From assembly GCA_003056165.1 (NCBI GenBank), contig LSNR01000014.1, positions 70,408 through 134,407 of the forward strand: a DNA stretch of 64,000 nt. Direction: 5' to 3'. The notes under the pieces are model-generated. The model was not told the DNA's origin and ran no database searches. It saw only the letters and a program-made list of their open reading frames with translations. The number at the start of each line of letters is the position of its first letter. Within the stretch, counting starts at the first letter, position 1. Source of the DNA: Parcubacteria group bacterium M6-OD1-3. GTDB taxonomy: Bacteria; Patescibacteriota; Minisyncoccia; Moranbacterales; UBA9337. A program made the position numbers and the translations under genes. Positions 60,382-64,000 of this stretch are shown piece after piece.

Positions 60382-61248
60382 ATGAAAATAAAAAAAGCAA
60401 TTTTACCGGTGGCTGGATTTGGAACAAGATTTTTGCCAGCAACAAAAGCACAACCAAAAGAAATGTTACCTATAGTTGATAAGCCGGTTATCCAATATTT
60501 AGTTGAGGAAGCTGTTGATTCTGGAATAGAAGAAATAATATTTGTAACAGGAAGAGGAAAACGAGCCATAGAAGATCATTTCGACATGTCATTTGAATTA
60601 GAACATAATTTGGTGGAAAAACATAAAAAAGAGTTATTGGACGCTGTAAAAAAAATCCCTAAATTGGCAAAGTTTTCTTATGTACGACAACCGGAACCAT
60701 TGGGTGATGGACATGCAATTCTGCAAGCTAGTCATCTCGTAGGAAATGAACCCGTGTTAGTTATTTTTGGTGATTGTCTTTACGATAGTAAAGTTCCTGC
60801 CAGTACTCAAATAATTGAAACTTTTGAAAAATATGGCGATCCCGTAATCGGTTTAAGTTCTGTTGATAAAAAAGAAGTTTCTAAATTCGGAGTTATAGAT
60901 GGAATTAAACTCGATAATTCTACTTGGGAAATAAAAAAAATAGTTGAAAAACCAACAGAAAAGAAAGCCCCGTCAAATTTAGTGGCAGTTGGAAAGTATA
61001 TTATTACTCCTACGGTATTTGAAATTTTGGCGAAGATGAAATCAGGCAAATCAGGCGAAATTAGATTGGCGGACGCTTTTGAAATAATGCTTAAAAAAAA
61101 TAAACCGATTTACGGAAAAGTATTGAGTGGTGAGTGGCTGGACACGGGAAATAAATTAAATTTTATGAAAGCGTCAATTCATCTTGGTCTAAAAAATCCA
61201 GAAATTAAAAAAGATTTGAAAAAATATCTAAAAGGCTTAAATCTGTAA
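60382..61248 (+). CDS. galU: UTP--glucose-1-phosphate uridylyltransferase
   Basis: KAILPVAGFGTRFLPATKAQPKEMLPIVDKPVIQY… is the GalU signature. Confidence 0.85.
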   Translation: MKIKKAILPVAGFGTRFLPATKAQPKEMLPIVDKPVIQYLVEEAVDSGIEEIIFVTGRGKRAIEDHFDMSFELEHNLVEKHKKELLDAVKKIPKLAKFSYVRQPEPLGDGHAILQASHLVGNEPVLVIFGDCLYDSKVPASTQIIETFEKYGDPVIGLSSVDKKEVSKFGVIDGIKLDNSTWEIKKIVEKPTEKKAPSNLVAVGKYIITPTVFEILAKMKSGKSGEIRLADAFEIMLKKNKPIYGKVLSGEWLDTGNKLNFMKASIHLGLKNPEIKKDLKKYLKGLNL

Positions 61249-61259
61249 ACTAAAAAATA

Positions 61260-61976
61260 ATGGTTGCTTTATCGGGTATAAAAATTGATAATCTTTCAAA
61301 ACAAGAAGTCATATCTAAAATTGAACAATTTTTGAGTGAAAATATTTTCAGACAAATTGCCACAGTCAATCCAGAGTTTATTTTAAAAGCGGAAAAGGAT
61401 AAATCATTTAAAAAAATTCTAAATAATTGCGACTTGAATATTGCTGATGGAATTGGTATAAGATTTGCTTTCTGGCGTTTTGGGAAAAATTTAAAATGTC
61501 GTTTTTCCGGAATTGATTTGATGTGGCAAATTTTACAAATAGCCGATAAAAAAAAGCTAAAAGTTTTTTTGATTGCCAACAGAAATGGTCTAAGTACTTG
61601 GCAAGAAACGGCGGATGCGATTAATAAAAAATATCCAAAGTTATTAATTGAGGGGATAGATACAATATTTCAGAATTTACAAAATTCAAAATACCAAATA
61701 TTAGATGACAGATGTCAGTTGGTTTTTTGCAATTTCGGTGCTCCATATCAAGAAAAATTTATCGCTAAACTAAAAAAGGAAAATACCGATATTAAATTGG
61801 CAATGGGAGTAGGGGGAAGTTTTGATTTTATTTCCGACAAAATAAAACGCGCGCCAAAATGGATAAGATTTTTGGGATTGGAATGGTTTTGGCGGTTACT
61901 TCAACAACCGCATCGTCTAAAAAGAATTTTTAAGGCGGTCATAATTTTTCCAGTTAAAGTCATCTTAAATAAATGA
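61260..61976 (+). CDS. WecB/TagA/CpsF-family (GT26) glycosyltransferase
   Basis: …QIATVNPEFILKA…DGIGI…FLIANRNG…FCNFGAPYQEKFI…. Confidence 0.78.
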   Translation: MVALSGIKIDNLSKQEVISKIEQFLSENIFRQIATVNPEFILKAEKDKSFKKILNNCDLNIADGIGIRFAFWRFGKNLKCRFSGIDLMWQILQIADKKKLKVFLIANRNGLSTWQETADAINKKYPKLLIEGIDTIFQNLQNSKYQILDDRCQLVFCNFGAPYQEKFIAKLKKENTDIKLAMGVGGSFDFISDKIKRAPKWIRFLGLEWFWRLLQQPHRLKRIFKAVIIFPVKVILNK

Positions 61977-62110
61977 TAAGATTTCTAAGCGAAGTATCGC
62001 TTCAGTGGCTGTTTTATTTTTGGGATAAATATTAAAATTAATTTGAAAGAAATTTTGGTAAAATGCGTATTATTTAATACAGGTAATACGAGAGTTTGGA
62101 AAATAAATAA

Positions 62111-62704
62111 ATGATACATAAAGAAGATTGTAGTGATAAAGATGCGGATAATGATCTAGTTAAATTATCTTTAAAAAATCAAGATTATTTTTATTGTTTA
62201 ATTTTGAGATATGAAGACAAGCTTTTGCGATATATTAGAAGAATTTCTTCATCTTCCAGAGAGGATGCTGAAGATATTTTGCAAGAAGTTTTTATTAGTG
62301 TTTATAAGAATCTTAATGATTTTGACAATAAATTAAAATTCTCTTCATGGATTTACAGAATTGCTCACAATCAAACCATTAGTCATTGGCGAAAGATTCA
62401 ATCAAGACCGAAGACAATATCTGGGGACAATGAAGATAATAACCTGTTTGACTTTATTGCTGGAGATGATGATATACTAAAAAGTTTGGAACGGAAATGT
62501 TCGGCAGAACAGATCAGGGAAATAATTTTTAGCTTGGATGATAAATATAGAGATGTTTTGGTGTTGAAATTTTTAGAGGACAAAGATTATAAAGAAATTT
62601 CTGATATTTTAAAGAAGCCGATGGGAACTGTTGCAACTTTAATAAATAGAGCTAAAAAAAAGTTATTGAAGAGTTTAAAAAGTAGAGGATTTAATAATTT
62701 ATAA
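62111..62704 (+). CDS. ECF-type RNA polymerase sigma-70 factor
   Basis: Region 2 (…AEDILQEVFISVYKNLNDFD…FSSWIYRIAHNQTISHWRK) and region 4 (YRDVLVLKFLEDKDYKEISDILKKPMGTVATLINRAKKKL). Confidence 0.8.
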   Translation: MIHKEDCSDKDADNDLVKLSLKNQDYFYCLILRYEDKLLRYIRRISSSSREDAEDILQEVFISVYKNLNDFDNKLKFSSWIYRIAHNQTISHWRKIQSRPKTISGDNEDNNLFDFIAGDDDILKSLERKCSAEQIREIIFSLDDKYRDVLVLKFLEDKDYKEISDILKKPMGTVATLINRAKKKLLKSLKSRGFNNL

Positions 62705-62708
62705 TATT

Positions 62709-63443
62709 ATGAGTAAAGCAAAAAAAATCTTGAAAAGCATTAAGGATAGAAAAATAAAACCCAAATCAAAGTGGCTTTTCTTGTTGAGGAATTATTTAGT
62801 TTGGCTAATATTTGGCTTAGCCATTTTTGTTGGTGCGATAGCGACAAGCGTGATAATTTTTTCCTTAACTGATAATGATTGGGATTTATATAAAATTTTG
62901 GATAAAAGCTCAGTTTCTTATATTATAATGTCTCTTCCATATATTTGGATAGTAATTTTAATAATTTTTTCTTTATTATCTTATCTAAATTATAAACATA
63001 CCAAAACCGGCTATCGTATAGAACCAATTAAAATTATTTCTATCAGTGTATTACTTAGTGTTTTTTTTGGAAGTATTTTGTTTACTGGAGGATTCGGTGA
63101 GTTTATAGACTATAAACTATCAAAAGATATTCCTTATTACGAGAAAATGATGGCACAACGACAGTTGATTTGGAGTAATCCGGAAAAAGGTCTTTTAGCT
63201 GGAGAAGTGGTGAAAATAAACAGTAAGAATGATTTTTATATTCGTTCATTATCTGGAGAAGAATGGCATATAATTGGAGATAGTATTTTGTGGAAAGGAC
63301 GGGCTTCAGGAAGTGAAGGAAAGAAAGTAAAAATTATCGGAAGAATCTTGGGAGACAATGTTTTTATTGCCGAGGAAATTCGTCCATGGTTTAGTGGAGG
63401 AAGAGGTACTTATAGTGGCAAGCATTTAAACATAAATAGATAA
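62709..63443 (+). CDS. Putative anti-sigma factor / membrane protein
   Basis: Sits immediately downstream of the ECF sigma gene after a 4-bp gap. Short cytoplasmic N-terminus, multiple TM helices and a C-terminal soluble domain. Confidence 0.4.
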   Translation: MSKAKKILKSIKDRKIKPKSKWLFLLRNYLVWLIFGLAIFVGAIATSVIIFSLTDNDWDLYKILDKSSVSYIIMSLPYIWIVILIIFSLLSYLNYKHTKTGYRIEPIKIISISVLLSVFFGSILFTGGFGEFIDYKLSKDIPYYEKMMAQRQLIWSNPEKGLLAGEVVKINSKNDFYIRSLSGEEWHIIGDSILWKGRASGSEGKKVKIIGRILGDNVFIAEEIRPWFSGGRGTYSGKHLNINR

Positions 63444-63625
63444 TTTTATTAAGTATAATACGGTATAAAAAATCTCTTTTAAAAAGAGATTTTTTAATTT
63501 TGAAAGAAATAATGTTACTCAGCGTAATAAATGATGAAACCGGCTGTTTCAATTAATAATTTAAAATATTATACTTGATTGCGCTAATGATATTAATATT
63601 AGAGTAATTATAGTAAAAGAAAAAA

Positions 63626-64000
63626 ATGAAAACTAGCAATAAAACACTAATAGGTGCATCCGCCTTGGTAGCGGTTATATTAGCCGGAGCATATTCATTT
63701 TCAAATGCTTACCAGGGAGATTATACAAAAAAGGGACCAAATTACACAGAAGAGAGACATCAGGCTATGGAAAAGGCTTTTGAAAGCAATGATTATGATG
63801 CTTGGAAAGAGCAAATGAACGGTCGAGGAAGAGTGTCAGAGGTTATAAATAAAGATAATTTTTCTAAATTTGCGGAAGCTCATAAATTGGCAGAGGATGG
63901 AAAATATGAAGAAGCTGATGCAATAAGAAAAGACCTGGGGTTGAGAACTCGTAATGGAGAAAGAATGGGTGCTGGTTATGGAAATAAAAATGGACATGGG
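63626..64000 (+). CDS. Partial CDS (runs off the right edge); secreted or lipid-anchored hypothetical protein
   Basis: An ATG at 63626 is followed by a signal-peptide-like segment (MKTSNKTLIGASALVAVILAGAYSFS), and the frame stays open to the window end. Confidence 0.35.
   Translation, partial: MKTSNKTLIGASALVAVILAGAYSFSNAYQGDYTKKGPNYTEERHQAMEKAFESNDYDAWKEQMNGRGRVSEVINKDNFSKFAEAHKLAEDGKYEEADAIRKDLGLRTRNGERMGAGYGNKNGHG

Overview
This 64-kb window is very AT-rich (about 30% GC by eye) and gene-dense, with nearly all genes on the + strand. Most starts sit in an A-rich 'AAAAAUAUG' context with no Shine-Dalgarno, which fits a small-genome uncultivated bacterium (possibly Patescibacteria/CPR-like; this is inference only). 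From left to right the window holds: (i) a GC-rich (about 50% GC) 1-kb segment at the left edge carrying two minus-strand genes with strong AGGAGG sites, which looks foreign or chimeric; (ii) greA; (iii) a tandemly duplicated two-gene module of large secreted/surface proteins that share a conserved roughly 110-bp leader and a conserved Cys-rich C-terminal domain, with the second copy fused into one 911-aa ORF; (iv) a complete type IV pilus locus with pilM/N/O-like genes, pilB, a CheY-like receiver, pilT, pilC, two major pilin paralogs, pilD and four minor pilins; (v) ligA, gatC, gatA, trxB, an AbrB-like regulator behind a 34-bp perfect palindrome, ridA-ilvA and a malic enzyme; (vi) a second pseudopilin plus PilM/N/O-like cluster with no ATPase; (vii) tRNA-Arg and tRNA-His on the minus strand; (viii) ileS preceded by an apparent T-box leader, then proS, tpiA, fba and a glycosyltransferase; (ix) an accessory island of roughly 44.9-52.7 kb that starts at an ATTTAAAT-type tandem repeat array and contains a second AbrB-like gene, a DinD/Bro-N-like gene interrupted by an in-frame TAG, a tight three-gene operon (S49/SDH-like serine protease, an unknown protein, a coiled-coil membrane protein), an M.HhaI-like m5C methyltransferase with a putative restriction enzyme, a release-factor C-terminal pseudogene fragment, and GC-elevated small ORFs; (x) envelope genes (DUF4012-like, a frameshifted GT, ftsB-like, a GT1); (xi) tRNA-Lys embedded in partial tRNA copies and four perfect 95-bp tandem repeats that each reproduce the tRNA 3' end; (xii) glyA, rfbA-like, galU, wecG/tagA-like and an ECF sigma / putative anti-sigma pair. 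All calls come from reading the sequence and from motif recall; no searches were run.
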